A stretch of 64,000 bases of DNA, taken from NCBI GenBank assembly GCA_965202585.1, contig OZ241827.1, positions 2,418,001 through 2,482,000 of the forward strand, read 5' to 3'. The DNA is from Thalia democratica (lineage: Eukaryota). The notes beneath the pieces are model-generated. The model saw only the letters and a list, made by a program, of their open reading frames with translations, was not told where the DNA came from and did not search any database. Within the stretch, counting starts at the first letter, position 1, and each line of letters begins with the position of its first letter. Position numbers and translations under genes: made by a program. Positions 50,780-63,900 of this stretch are shown in pieces.

Positions 50780-53700
50780 TAACGTCATAATGATCAGTGT
50801 TCAATCGTCATTATGACGTCATAATACTTACCATTTAATCGTAATTGTGACTACATTGCGTAAAGTGTCCAATCGTTATTGTGACGTCACAGTTCAATTG
50901 TTGTCGTGACATCATAATTCAAAATGACTTATTGTAATTATACAAAGAGTTCAACCGTTGTTGTGACGTCATAGTGCGAAAAGGATTATTGTCATTATGT
51001 AATCACAGTGAAAAGTTTTCAAACGTCATTATGACATTTTAGTTTAAAGTGTTTGACTAAAATTATGACATCATAACGTATAGAATTGAACAGTAAGTAT
51101 AACGTCATAATAAGAGATTTTCATTCGCCACTACAACATAATAATGTTTAGTGTCTAACCATCATTATTGTGCAAAGCCAACATTATTATGTCATAAAGC
51201 AAAGAGTTTCATCGTGACTACGAAAAAATAATGTTGTATCAAATCATCGTTGTGACGTCATAATGCAGTGTCCTGTTGTCATTGTGACGTCATAATGTTA
51301 GGTGTCCAACCATCATTATTCGTCATATAGCAAAGAGTTTCATTTTGACTACAAAAACATAATGCGTCATCAGATCGTCATTGTGACGTCATAGTTCAGT
51401 GTCTAGTTGTCATTGTGACGTCATAATGTTAGGTGTCCAACTATCATTATTACGTCATATAGCATAGAGTTTCATTTTGACTACGAAAACATAATGTAGT
51501 TTCAAATCAAAGTTGTGACGTCATAGTTCACTGTCCACTTGTCATTTTGACGTCATAATGTTAGGTGTCATTATATCATTATTATGTCATACAGCATTAA
51601 GTTTCGTTTTGACTACGAAAACATAATTTAGTTTCAAATCGTAATTGTGACGTCATATTTCAGTATTCAGTTGTCATTATCACGTCATAATGTTAGGTGT
51701 CCAACCATCATTATTACGTCATATAGTAAAGAGTTTCATCGTGACTACAAAAACATAATGCGTTATCAAATCACCATTGTGACGTCATATTTTAGTATTC
51801 AGTTTTCATTTTCACGTCATAATGTTAGGTGTCCAACCATCATTATCACGTCATATAGCAATGAGTTTCATCGTGACTACAAAAACATAATGCATTATCA
51901 AATCATCATTGTGACGTCATAGTTCAGTGTTCAGTTGTCATTGTGACGTCATAATGTTATGTTTCAAACCATCATTATTACTGTATATAGCAAAGAGTTT
52001 CATCGTGACTACGAAGACATAATTTAGTTTCAAATCATCATTGTGACGTCAAGGTTCAGTGTCCAGTTGTCATTGTGACGTCATAATGTTGGGTGTCCAA
52101 CCATCATTATTACGTCATATAGCAAAGAGTTTCATTTTGACTACAAAAACATAATGCGTTATCAAATCATCATTGTAACGTCATAGTTCAGTGTCTTGTT
52201 GTCATTGTGACGTAATAATGTTAGGTGTCCAACATTCATTATTACGTCATATAGCAAAGAGTTTCATTTTGACTACAAAAACATAATGCGTTATAAAATC
52301 ATCATTGTGACGTCATAGTTCAGTGTCAACTTGTCAATGTGACGTCATCTTTCATTATTGAGTTGTCAGGGTGACGTCATAATGTTATGTTTTCAACAAT
52401 CATTATTACGTCATATAGCAAAGAGTTTCATCGTGAATACAAAAACAAAATGAAGTTTAAAATCATCGTTGTGACGTCATAGTTCAGTGTCCAGTTGTCA
52501 TTATGACGTCATAGTTCAGTGTCTTGTTGTCATTGTGACGTCATAATGTTAGGTGTCCAACATTCATTATTACGTCATATAGCAAATTATTTCATTTTAA
52601 CGTCGAAAATATAATGTAGTTTCAAAGCATCGTTATGACGTCATAGTTCAGTGTCCAGTTGTCATTGTGACGTCATAATGTTAGATGTCCAACCATCATT
52701 ATTACTCATATAGCAAAGAGTTTCATTTTGACTACAAAAACATAATGCGTTATCAAATCATCATTGTGAAGTCATAGTTCAGTGTCTAGTTGTCATTGTG
52801 ACGTTATAATGTTATGTGTCCAACCTTCATTATTACGTCATATATCAAAGAGTTTCATCGTTACTAAGAAGACATAATTTAGTTTCAAATAATCGTTGTG
52901 ACGTCATAGTTCAGTGTCCAGTTGTCATTATGAAGTTATAGTTCAGTGTCTTGTTGTCATTGTGACGTCATAATGTTAAGTGTTTAAGCATCATTATTTG
53001 TCATAAAGCAAAAAGTTTCATTTTGACTACCAAACCTAATGCGTCATCAAATCGTCATTGTGACTTAAAAGTTCAGTGTCCAATTGTCATTGTGACGTCA
53101 TAATGTTGGGTGTACAACCATTATCATACGTCTATAGCAAAGAGTTTTATCGTGACTACGAAAACATAATGCGTTATCAAATCATCATTGTGACGTCATA
53201 GTTCAGTGTCCAATTGTCAATGTGACGTAATAATGTTAGGTGTCCAACCATTATTATTACGTCATATAGCAAAGAGTTTCATCGTGACTACAAAAACATA
53301 ATGTAGTTTAAAATCATCGTTGTGACGTTATAGTTCAATGTCCAGTTGTCATTGTGACGTCATAATGTTAGGTGTTCTACCATCATTACTACATCATATA
53401 GTAAAGAGTTTTATTTTGACTACGAAAACATAATGCCTCATCAAATTGTCATTGTGACGTCATAGTTCCATGTCCAGTTGTTATTTTGACGTCATATTGT
53501 TAGGTGTCCAACCATCATTATTAGTCATATAGCAAATAGTTTCATCGTGACCACGAAAACATAACTTAGTTTCTAATCATCATTATGACGTCATAGTTCA
53601 GTGTCCAGTTGTCATTGTGACGTCATAGTTCAGTGTCCTGTTGTAATTGTGACGTCAAAATGTTAAGTGTCCAACCATCATTATTCGTTATATAGCAAAG

Positions 53701-55660
53701 AGTTTCATCGTGACTACAAAAACATAATGCGTTGCCAAATCACCATTGTGACGTCATATTTTAGTATTCAGTTTTCATTGTCACGTCATAATGTTAGATG
53801 TCCAACCATCATTATTCGTCATATAGCAAAAAGTTTCATCGTGACTACAAAAACATAATGTAGTTTAAAATCATCGTTGTGACGTCATATTTCAATGTCA
53901 AGTTGTCATTGTGACGTCACAGTATAGTGTCCTATTCTTTTTGTGACGTCATAATGTTAAGTGTCCAACCATCATTATTCGTCATATATCAAATAGTTTT
54001 ATTTGACTACAAAAACATAATGCGTCATCATATAATCATTGTGACGTCATAGTTTAGTGTCCAATTGTCATTGTGACGTCATAATGTTAGGTGTTCAACC
54101 ATCATTACTACATCATATAGTAAAGAGTTTCATTTTCATTACGAAAACATAATGCCTCATCAAATTGTCATTGTGACGTCATAGTTTCGTGTCCAGTTGT
54201 CATTTTGACGTCATAATGTTAGGTGTTCAACAATCATTATTCGTTATATAGCAAAAAGTTTCATCGTGACTACAAAAACATAATGTAGTTTAAAATCATC
54301 GTTGTGACGTTATAGTTCAATGTCCAGTTGTCATTGTGACGTCATAATGTTAGGTGTTCTACCATCATTACTACATCATATAGTAAAGAGTTTTATTTTG
54401 ACTACGAAAACATAATGCCTCATCAAATTGTCATTGTGACGTCATAGTTCCATGTCCAGTTGTTATTTTGACGTCATATTGTTAGGTGTCCAACCATCAT
54501 TATTAGTCATATAGCAAATAGTTTCATCGTGACCACGAAAACATAACTTAGTTTCTAATCATCATTATGACGTCATAGTTCAGTGTCCAGTTGTCATCGT
54601 GATGTCATAATGTTAGGTCTCCAACAATCATTATTACGTCATATAGTAAAGAGTGTCATCATTACTACGAAAACATAATTTATTTTCAAATCGATATTGT
54701 GACGTCATATTTCAGTATTCAATTGTCATGTGACGTCATAATGTTAGGTGTCCAACCATCATTATTACGTCATATAGCAAAGAGTTTCATTTTGATTACA
54801 AAAACATAATGTCTTTTTAAATCATCTTTGTGACGTCATAGTGCTGTGTCCAATTGTCATAGTGACGTCATAATGTTAGGTTTCCAACCATCATTATTAC
54901 GTCATATAGCAAAAATTTTCATCTTGACTACGAAACATAGTGTCGTTTAAAATTTCATGTGACGTCATAGTTCAGTGTCAACTTGTCATTGTGACGTCAT
55001 AGTTCAGTGTCCACTTGTCATTTAGACGTCATAATGTTAGGTTTCCAACCATCGTTATTACGTCATATAGCAAAGAGTTTCATCGTGACTTCGAAAACAT
55101 AATTCAGTTTCAAATCATAATTGTGACGTTATAGTTCAGTGTCTAGTAGTCATTGTGACGTCATAATGTTAGGTGTCCAACTATCCTTGTTATGTCATAT
55201 AGCAAAGACTTTTATCGTGACTACGAAAACATAATGTGTTATCATATCATAATTATGATGTCATAGTTCAGTATTAAGTTGTCATTGTGACGTCATAATG
55301 TTAGCTCTCCAACCATCACTATTACGTCATATAGCAAAGAATTTTATCGTGACCACGAAAACATAATGTGTTATCAAATCGTCATTGTGACGTCATAGTT
55401 CAGTATTCAGTTGTCCTTGTGACGTCATAATGTTAGGTGTCCAACCATCATCGTTAACTCATACAGCAAAGAGTTTTATTGTGACTACGAAAACATACTT
55501 TAGTTTCAAATCATCATTGTGACGTAATAAATCAGTGTCCAGTTTTCATAGTGACGTCATAATGTTAGGTGTCCAACTATCATTGTTACGCCATATAGCA
55601 AAGAGTTTCATTGTGACTACTAAAACCTAATGTAGTTTAAAATCGTCATTGAGACGTCAT
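50780..55660. repeat. ~132-bp satellite (roughly 33 units) built of four ~30-36-bp subunits, rich in TGACGTCA
   Basis: ATAGCAAAGAGTTTC anchor at 51327, 51459, 51591 etc. (period 132). Some units carry an extra subunit (~163 bp). The left edge 50780-51130 is made of degenerate ~30-bp monomers. Confidence 0.97.
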
Positions 55661-55939
55661 AATCTCACTATTTTATTTACGTAATTTACTTTTTCTCTCA
55701 TTTTAGATTTACTCTTTCTTAATTCAACACCATTTGTAAGTTTCTCCCTCTTGATCAAAGATTTTTAACTGACAATGCACGATGCTCTTGTCCTTTTAAT
55801 TATTTAGTAAATAGTGAAATACCGTTGTGGGTTACATTGTAGCATATTTGCATATCCAATGTGGCTGTTTCTGTTTTGTTGTTTGTTGTGACGTAATAAT
55901 GTTTTATGACGTCAATAGCTTTTTTAGCTGTGGGTGTGT

Positions 55940-56700
55940 AGGACTACCAGTCGGTTATTCTATGTGACATTTACCTCTTCATTTCCTCTCCCACTGTGAG
56001 AAAACTTGTTTTTTTTTGTAGTGAAAACATTTTACATTATAGAGCATGGCCGTGTGTTGGAACTGTTGCATTGTCAAGCTGAACTGTCATAATTGCTTCT
56101 GACAAGGATTGCTGTGATCCAGACTGCTGTACTTGCTCCTTTGGATCTGGAGATATCGTGTTATTATCTTGAGCTTATCGTTTTTTTTTTTCCGACTCTC
56201 AAGTTCAGAACTCCGAAAAACGAAATGAAACATGGCTTCTTACACCGAACGATTTCTACTGAATTTCACCGAATGAAATGTACTAACTACTGTCGCTCGC
56301 ACTGGTCTACTGAAAAGTTGTTTATTTAATAGTGTTTTTGTCGTCAGGTTCTCTGATTTCTTTTGTAACTCTTGTTAGTTTTTCCCCTGAATGTTCTCTG
56401 TTTTTGCACTACACCAAAACAAGTTCTTTATTGCCTTTGTCCTGAGTTTTTCCTGAGTCTATTCAACTCGCCTTTTTATTGACTCTATTTTTCAAACCCT
56501 CCAGTTTGCTTCCTTACCTACTTTAGTTGTTGTTCTAAGGTTTAACTACCGCTGATTGGAGCTTTGTTTATTTTTAGGTCGCTACCCGATAACCTCATTA
56601 GTGAGTTCTGCGTATGTTGGCCTTTGTACCATTGGTGGTATAATTAGAATTTATCTTCAACTCCCGCTGACCTTGCCTTGCGAGTAAAACATATTTGGTA
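55940..56700 (-). pseudogene. Possible decayed LINE ORF1/ORF2-junction fragment
   Basis: GC-richer island. The minus strand gives broken peptides such as PPMVQRPTYAELT and IVRCKKPCF, and a frameshifted VQL(N)CNSSNT-like segment resembling an R1/Jockey endonuclease start. Confidence 0.3.
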
Positions 56701-57507
56701 ATTTAAAAAAGTTTCTTGTACAAAATTTGTTAAGAAATATTTTTGTTTCAGTTAATTTTTAGCTCTTTAATTTATTAATATCATAAACATTATATAAAAG
56801 TAAAACTAACTTTTAATCTATTCTTCTTCTTCTAACGTTTTAAATTGTTTCTGATTGAATTTTTGTTTCTGAATTTCATAACTTAGTTTGCGTGTATCAA
56901 TTTTACTTTCATTGGTTTTTTTGTAGTAATTAGCTTATATAATTTCTATTAAAAAAATCATATTTAAATACATTAGAAAACAGATTAAAATCTTTTCAAG
57001 TTTATGTACTGAGAATTAGTTTGATTAAATTAAATATATAATTTTAAAACATTTGGTTGATTAATATATATATATGTAAGACTAGAGATAACAAACTAGC
57101 CTTACACAAAAATTAAAGAAACGACTAAATGAAAATATAATAAAGCATCAAATTGTTGTACAATATCAATAAAAAAACAGTATAAAGTAATGACTGGAAA
57201 CAACTAACATCATAATACAAAAAATATATTTTGTAATTACAGCATTAATTTTATACAGAAACAAAATCTTTTAGATTATAATAATTATTTTTTTTAATTG
57301 TTAGTGGAATCTTGTGAGCCTTTGCACACAATCAAAGACATACACAAAAATAATGTTATCTATATATTTGCTGTGCTCTTAAAAATCTGAGCTAAAAGTT
57401 GAGATTCCAGTTGTTGGTTGTGCAGAAGAATCCTTTTATTAACAACGAAAGTTATCTCAATTAAACAGATAGTATTCATTGTGGTCGCAGGAGCTATCAG
57501 AATGACC

Positions 57508-58263
57508 TTAAAAACTGTTTACCTTTTTAAGGCCCAATTTACAAGTATTAACAACCAGTTGAGCGTGTCGCTTTGTTACATCTTTATCACCATCTTCTAT
57601 CTTTTTAACATCCTCATAGGAGAGCCATTGCAGATGGTCCACTTCACCTTTTCGGTCATGAGAGAGATTTACCTTTTCACTTGCTACAGTGATCAGGTAC
57701 AGATAAACTGGCTCATGTCTGTAGCTTAGCTCGACTTCTATGCAATCGTGGCAGCTTTCCACTACATCAGAGGAAAGTTTTATATCCGTTTCCTCTTCAA
57801 ACTCTCTAAAAGCCGTTACTTTCTTGTCTCCTTTGTCGCTGTAATCCTCTTTTCCTTTAGGAAAGTTTAGTTTTTGAATCTTTTCTCCTTTAAATAGTGT
57901 TACAGGGGGACAAATTACAAGAAGTCCTTTATCACTCTTTGCTACCACACCGCAGACGTGACGTTCCGACTTAACCCTATTAAACTCTTCTTTAAACAAT
58001 TTTAAAGTAGTGAAGCGTTTATTGGTAGAAGATTTCAAATATTTCTTGAAATTTTCAAAGCAATGTTTAACCAATGTTTTATAGCAATTTTTATAGTCGT
58101 TAGTAATTGAATCATACTCTGTGTTAAGAAACATAAACTCTTCAATCTTGCACTGCAGTTCTATGAGGTTTATACCACTGCCAGAATCAACTTTTGATTT
58201 GCAAAACGTGTTAATTTTGTTGTACAAATCATCTGGAATATCGACTTGAGTGACTTCCTTCAT
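57508..58263 (-). CDS. Divergent Dcp2-like Nudix hydrolase (helical BoxA-like N-domain plus Nudix fold), 251 aa, single coding exon
   Basis: FPKGK...REFEEETDI Nudix box. The upstream LIELQCKIEEFMFL...EEFNRVKSERHVCGVV segment parallels Dcp2 LIRVCFQIELAHWFY...DEWKEYKMGVPTYGAI. A splice acceptor ttgcttacag lies 38 nt upstream of the ATG (58301-58303). Confidence 0.75.
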   Translation of the reverse strand: MKEVTQVDIPDDLYNKINTFCKSKVDSGSGINLIELQCKIEEFMFLNTEYDSITNDYKNCYKTLVKHCFENFKKYLKSSTNKRFTTLKLFKEEFNRVKSERHVCGVVAKSDKGLLVICPPVTLFKGEKIQKLNFPKGKEDYSDKGDKKVTAFREFEEETDIKLSSDVVESCHDCIEVELSYRHEPVYLYLITVASEKVNLSHDRKGEVDHLQWLSYEDVKKIEDGDKDVTKRHAQLVVNTCKLGLKKVNSF

Positions 58264-60989
58264 CTTATGACGTTTTAATGATATATATACTTTGTAAGAT
58301 CTGTAAGCAAAAATCTAAATTTAAAATAAAAAGTTTGAAGTGCTAAAACATTAAGTAGATTTGTTAAATTTTATTAAAGAGACAGTAAAAACTTATGATA
58401 TTTAGTTCTTTTAGGATCTATTGTGATAGCAAAACATTTTATTAAAACAAATTTTTGAATTTTTAATGTTACATGTTTTGAAGTTTTAAAATACTAATAA
58501 ATAGTAAACCGAAAAAATAAGATATCAGCCATTAGAAAAATGCTTGTTGTTAATATTTTATAAATATGCTTTTCTTTTAAATGTGTTTTTAATAGTAGAT
58601 ATGTAAATAAACTGTACTGTTGTGCTTGAATACTTATTTACTTTTGTAACAAAATATTTTTTTAAATTTTTAATGATTACGAATCATTATACTATTTTTG
58701 TTATAATTAAACAGTTAAAGTTGTTGACTAAGATAAAATTTCAATTAGTAAAAACTACTAATAAAAGTTATACAAATTTTGACTGTTTACTTTAGTTTTA
58801 TTTAGTTTTTGACAAAAGAAACTTGCTTTTTATAACAGTTTCTTGTTTGTAGTTTGAAAAATATTTTAAGAAGTTGTGTTAAGACTGAAAATTTTTAATA
58901 CATAAATGAATTTACTAACAAGTTTGCCAACTAAACCTTATGTTTTAAATGATATTTAAGATCAAATTTAAACTTTTAATGATGCTACAAAAACATAATT
59001 ATGTTTTTTTCACTTATTATAATATACTAACAAATTTTTGATGAGTAAAATATTCGATTGAAATGTATTGTAACAAATGGATAAGCAGTTACAGCTTTAA
59101 ATGTTAGTTGCACAAGGTTGTTGTAAACGTCAAAGTGTAAGTAAACGTAGGAATATATGTTAAGGAAATTTAACAGACCAGAATAAAATCAGTAATTTAC
59201 AACAAAATTTTAAAAACCTTCTGGAACCTGGAAATGCTACTAATTTTATAAGTTTGATAAAAAAAACTATGACTTGTGTAATATTCTAAATCGAGCCAAA
59301 AGTTGAATTAAAAAACGAACAACAAACTTGTTGAGCAAAAAGTCCCAATGTCAAATAGGACCGGACACATCTGAAATCTGAACTGAATGAAAAGTTTTCA
59401 AAAAAATGATTGTTGACCCTACATAATGATAATCAAAAGTATGTTTTTAACCTTCAAGATAGAATTAAACTGCTATATGAAAGTTGTTAAAAGAAAAAAG
59501 AAAGGAATTTCAGCTAAATGTAAGATTTGTTGCAAAGGACATAATCCAATGAATAGTGCAAATACTTATCTTATCCAGGAACAAAATAAACTGTTAGTCT
59601 AACTTTAAAAAAATATTTCTAAATGTTTTTATTGGAAGTAATGGTTTAAATTATAATAGAAGTGCAAAATATCTACTCTATTTATTACGTTTTATTTTAA
59701 CTTATTTTGGTGGGACATAATCTGTTTAACATATTTATAGATAAACATCATTGCAGATTGCATTTTACTTTTTTTGTTAATATTTGATAAGGTTAGGATT
59801 TTTTCCTTTTAAAACTGGCAATAAACAAAATAGTTAGTTGCACTTGTAATATAATTTAAATAAGCTTTTTACCCAGTAATTTTTATAATCAACACAACTA
59901 ATGACATAGTTAAAGTTCTTTAAATACAGTAAAATATTATTCTGGTTTTTGAAATTTACAAGTAATGATTATTTATTAACTATTACATTTATTTATTAAT
60001 TATAAATGACTATTAATTACAATTAGTAAAACTTTTAGTACTATGGAAGAACCCAAAATAAAATAGTTTAACACTATAGTTGCTGTATGCTAGTTTTATG
60101 GTTGAAATTTTAATACTATTGCTCTTATAAGTTGTTTTTAATTATGGTGTAGCTTAATACATAATACTTGTACTATTAATTAAGTATCATTAGTTTTGTT
60201 ATCAGCTTAGATACAGCAGATTTTTTTAGATAATAAAAACTGATTATTGTTTTTTTTGCAGTATTTTAAATTTACATAAGTAATATTAGCCTATTTTGTT
60301 GTTAGAAAAAGCAACTTATTAACCATATAATATTGTGGCTAAAGATTTAAAATTAGTTTAAGTCTGTTATAGCTGTTTAATTAAGATAAAATTACAATTT
60401 ATTATAATAATTTTTTTTTACATTTTGTTATCATAAAATTGTTCACAATTTAGTCTTGTTTTTGCAAATTTATAGGTACATTTTCTAAAGAAAACAAGGA
60501 AATAACTAAAATAAAACGTAAAAAAATAAAAATTCTTTAAATAATATATCTAAAAATTTTGTATGTTGAAAAGTTAGTATAACAGTGTTCTAATATTTTT
60601 AAAGTTGACTTATGAAATTAATATATTTACATAAATTTTATGTGTTAGCATAGAGTATAGACTATCACTAGCTTTGATAAAGGTCTATTATGGTGTACTA
60701 TTGTGGTGTACTATCCAGTAATAAAAGGTTTTCAGGTAAATATATAGTTTAATTGAAACTTTTAAAATTTTATTAAACTATTTAATCTAAGTTGATACAA
60801 TTAAAAATAAAATGGTTTTTGTAGACCAAAAATTTTCAAAATTAACTGTTTTTTATCAAACTAAAATGTTTTGTAGTAATAGATCTATTTGGTCAAGTAA
60901 AACTTATTGGTAAGGTAACAAAAAAAGTTAAGGTCATACTAATTCTGTTAATTTTTTTTTTTATGAAATGTTATGAATTTAAATCATTT

Positions 60990-63900
60990 TGATACTGTTA
61001 TCTTTAAAACTAAAACAAGTTCTTAGCTATTTAAGACAATGAGGCAAGTTTTTAAAAAGTTTACATGTAGTAATTCAAAAATTAAACATTTATAAAAGTT
61101 TAGACAGTTTTACTATATTTCAGAAAGTTTTTAAAAGGAGATAGCTAAATTATGATATATTTCCATTTAGGATGACTATAGGAAGTATACATTTAAAAAA
61201 AGACAATATTTAGTATTAAGGAATAATTTGATTTTATTTTTTATTGTAGATATTTATGGTTTTACGAATAGCTGTTTTTACCCTAAACTAATTTAATTTG
61301 TTGATAAAAAGGCTCAAACAAGTTTTTAACCATACGAGACATATAGGAACTCAGGAATTATACATTTATGTAAGTTTAGACATATTACATATATTTATTA
61401 ATGTAAACTTTAAACATTTGATTAAATGTTTTAAATAGAAGATAGAAACAATATAATAGATATACATTTATAATGATCATAGGAAGTTTACATTTTTTAA
61501 TAGACAATATTTAGGATCAAGAAATAATCTGCTTTTATGTTTTATTGTAGATAGTTATGTTAATATAAATAGTTGTTTTTATCCTAAACCCATTGAATTT
61601 GTTGATAAAAAGGTTAAAACAAGTTTTTAATTATTTAAGACAATAGACAACTATTTAGTACAATGAGGCAAGAAATTTAGGAGTTATTCAGTTATGTTAG
61701 TGTAATAAACTTTAATATCTTTTAGGTGGTTTTAAAAGAAGGTAGCTACATTATAAGAGATTTATATTTAAGAAGACCTTAGCAAATTAGCATTTTATGT
61801 ATAAACTATTAACTATTAAAAAAGATAAAGTCTGCTTATATTTTTTGGTGAAGATATTTATAGTTTTATAAGTTGCTGTTTTTACCCTAAATTAATTGAA
61901 GTTTTTAATAAAATCACTAAAACAAGTTTTAATTACTTAAAACAATGAGGCAAGGTTATAGAAAGTTTATATGTAGGAGTTCAGGAATCATACATTTATG
62001 TAGGTATACATAGTTTAAATATTATTCTATCTAGTTTTAAAAGAAGATTTAGCTTTATTACAAAGCTTTACATTTAATATGACCATAGAAAGTTAAAATT
62101 CTATGTATAGACAATATTCTTTATCAACAAAAGATAAAGTCTGTATTTATTTTTTATTGTAGATAGTTCTGTTTTTATGAGTAACTGTTTTTACTCTTAA
62201 CTAGTTGTTTATGTTGATAAAAATCTAAAACAAGAATCTAATTATTTAGACAATGAGGAAAGGTTTTAATTTAAGAATTGTACATTATTGTAAGTGTAAA
62301 CAGTTTTGATATACTTTAGGTGGTGTTTAAAAGAAGATAGCTATCAACAACAGGGTTTATTTTATTAGGTTTACATTTTAGATGTCTAAGGAAGTAAACA
62401 TTTTGTATGTTAATAAAAATTTAGTATTGAAAAAAATCTGCTTTTAGGTTTTGTAGTATATAGATATAGTTTATGATTAACTGTTTTTACCCAAAACTTC
62501 TTGCTTTTGTTGATAAAAAAGCTAAATTAAGTTTCTTATTATTTGAGACAATGAGACAAGGTTTTAATAAGTTTACATGTAGAAACTTAGGATTTATACA
62601 TTTCTGTAAGTTAGACAGTTTAAACATTTTTTCAGAAGTTTTTTAAAAGAAGACAGCTTTATTATAAAAGGTTACTTTCAAGATGACTATAGGAAGTAAA
62701 CGTTTTTGTATGTCTATACAAAATTTAGTATTAAAATGGATAAAGTCTGCTTTAACTTTTTATTGTAGATACTTATGTTTTTATAAATAGCTGTTTTAAC
62801 CCTAAAACATATTGAATTTGTTGATAAAAAATCTAAAGCAAGTTTCAATTATCTAAAACAATGAGGCAAAGTTTGAGAAAGTTTAGATAGAGGAGTTCAG
62901 GAATTATACATTTATGTAGGTAGAGTGAGTTCGAATATTTCTGTAGGTAGTTTTTAAAAGAAGATTTAGTTTTATTATAATAGGTTTACAATTGAGATGA
63001 CTATAGTAAGTAAACAGTTTTAGTTGTATAGACAAAATTTAGTAATAAGAATAATCTGCTCTCATGTTATGTTGTAGATAGCTATGTTTTTATGAGTAGC
63101 TGTATTCATCCAAAACTAATTGAATTTGTTGATAAAAAATTGAAAAAAAATTTCAAAGAACACAATGAGGCAAGTTTTTAAATACTTAACATATAGGAAT
63201 TCAGGAATCATATATTTAAATATATTCAGAAATTTTTATTTTTTAAGTAGTTTTTTAATGAAGATAGCTTTATTGTAAAATATTCATTTTTAAGATGTCC
63301 ATAGAAAGTAACCATTTAATGTATATACAAAATAGTATTAAAATTTATCAAATTTGCTTTTAATTTTTTTATTGTAGATATTTAATTTTTATAAGTAGCT
63401 GTTTTTATTCTAAACCCATTGAATTTGGTGATAAAAAGTCTAAAACAAGTTTTAATTATATGCTAAACATACAAGTTTTTTAATATACAATAAGGCAAGA
63501 TTAAAGAAAGTTAAGATATAGGAGTTTAAGAACTTAAACATTTTTGTAGGTAAAGACAGTTTAAATATTTTTATAGATAGTTTTTAAAAGAAGATTTAGC
63601 TATATTATAAGAGGTTTACATTTAAAATGACTCTAGTAAGTAAACACTTTTGTATGTTAAGACAAAATTTAGTAATAAAAACTAATGTTCTTTTATGTTT
63701 TGTTATAAAGATATTTATTTATGAGTAGTTGTTTTTACCCTAAGCTAATTGAATTTGTTGATAAAAAGGTTAAAACAAGTTTTTTATTATTCTAGACAAT
63801 AAGGCAAGGTTTTAAAAAGTTAACATATAAAAATTTAGATGTTATACACTTATATTAGTGTAGACATTTTTAATATCTTTTAGGTGGTTTTACAAAAAGA

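Noticed and set aside
51647-53858. Short ORFs inside the 132-bp satellite
   Set aside because: The unit length is a multiple of 3, so chance open frames arise; stops are frequent and there is no coding signature.
57418-57729. 103-aa plus-strand ORF
   Set aside because: Antisense overlap with the Nudix CDS; no independent support.
59490-59600. AKCKICCKGH peptide suggesting a BED-finger remnant
   Set aside because: Too short, and lacks the downstream His pair and any flanking transposase sequence.
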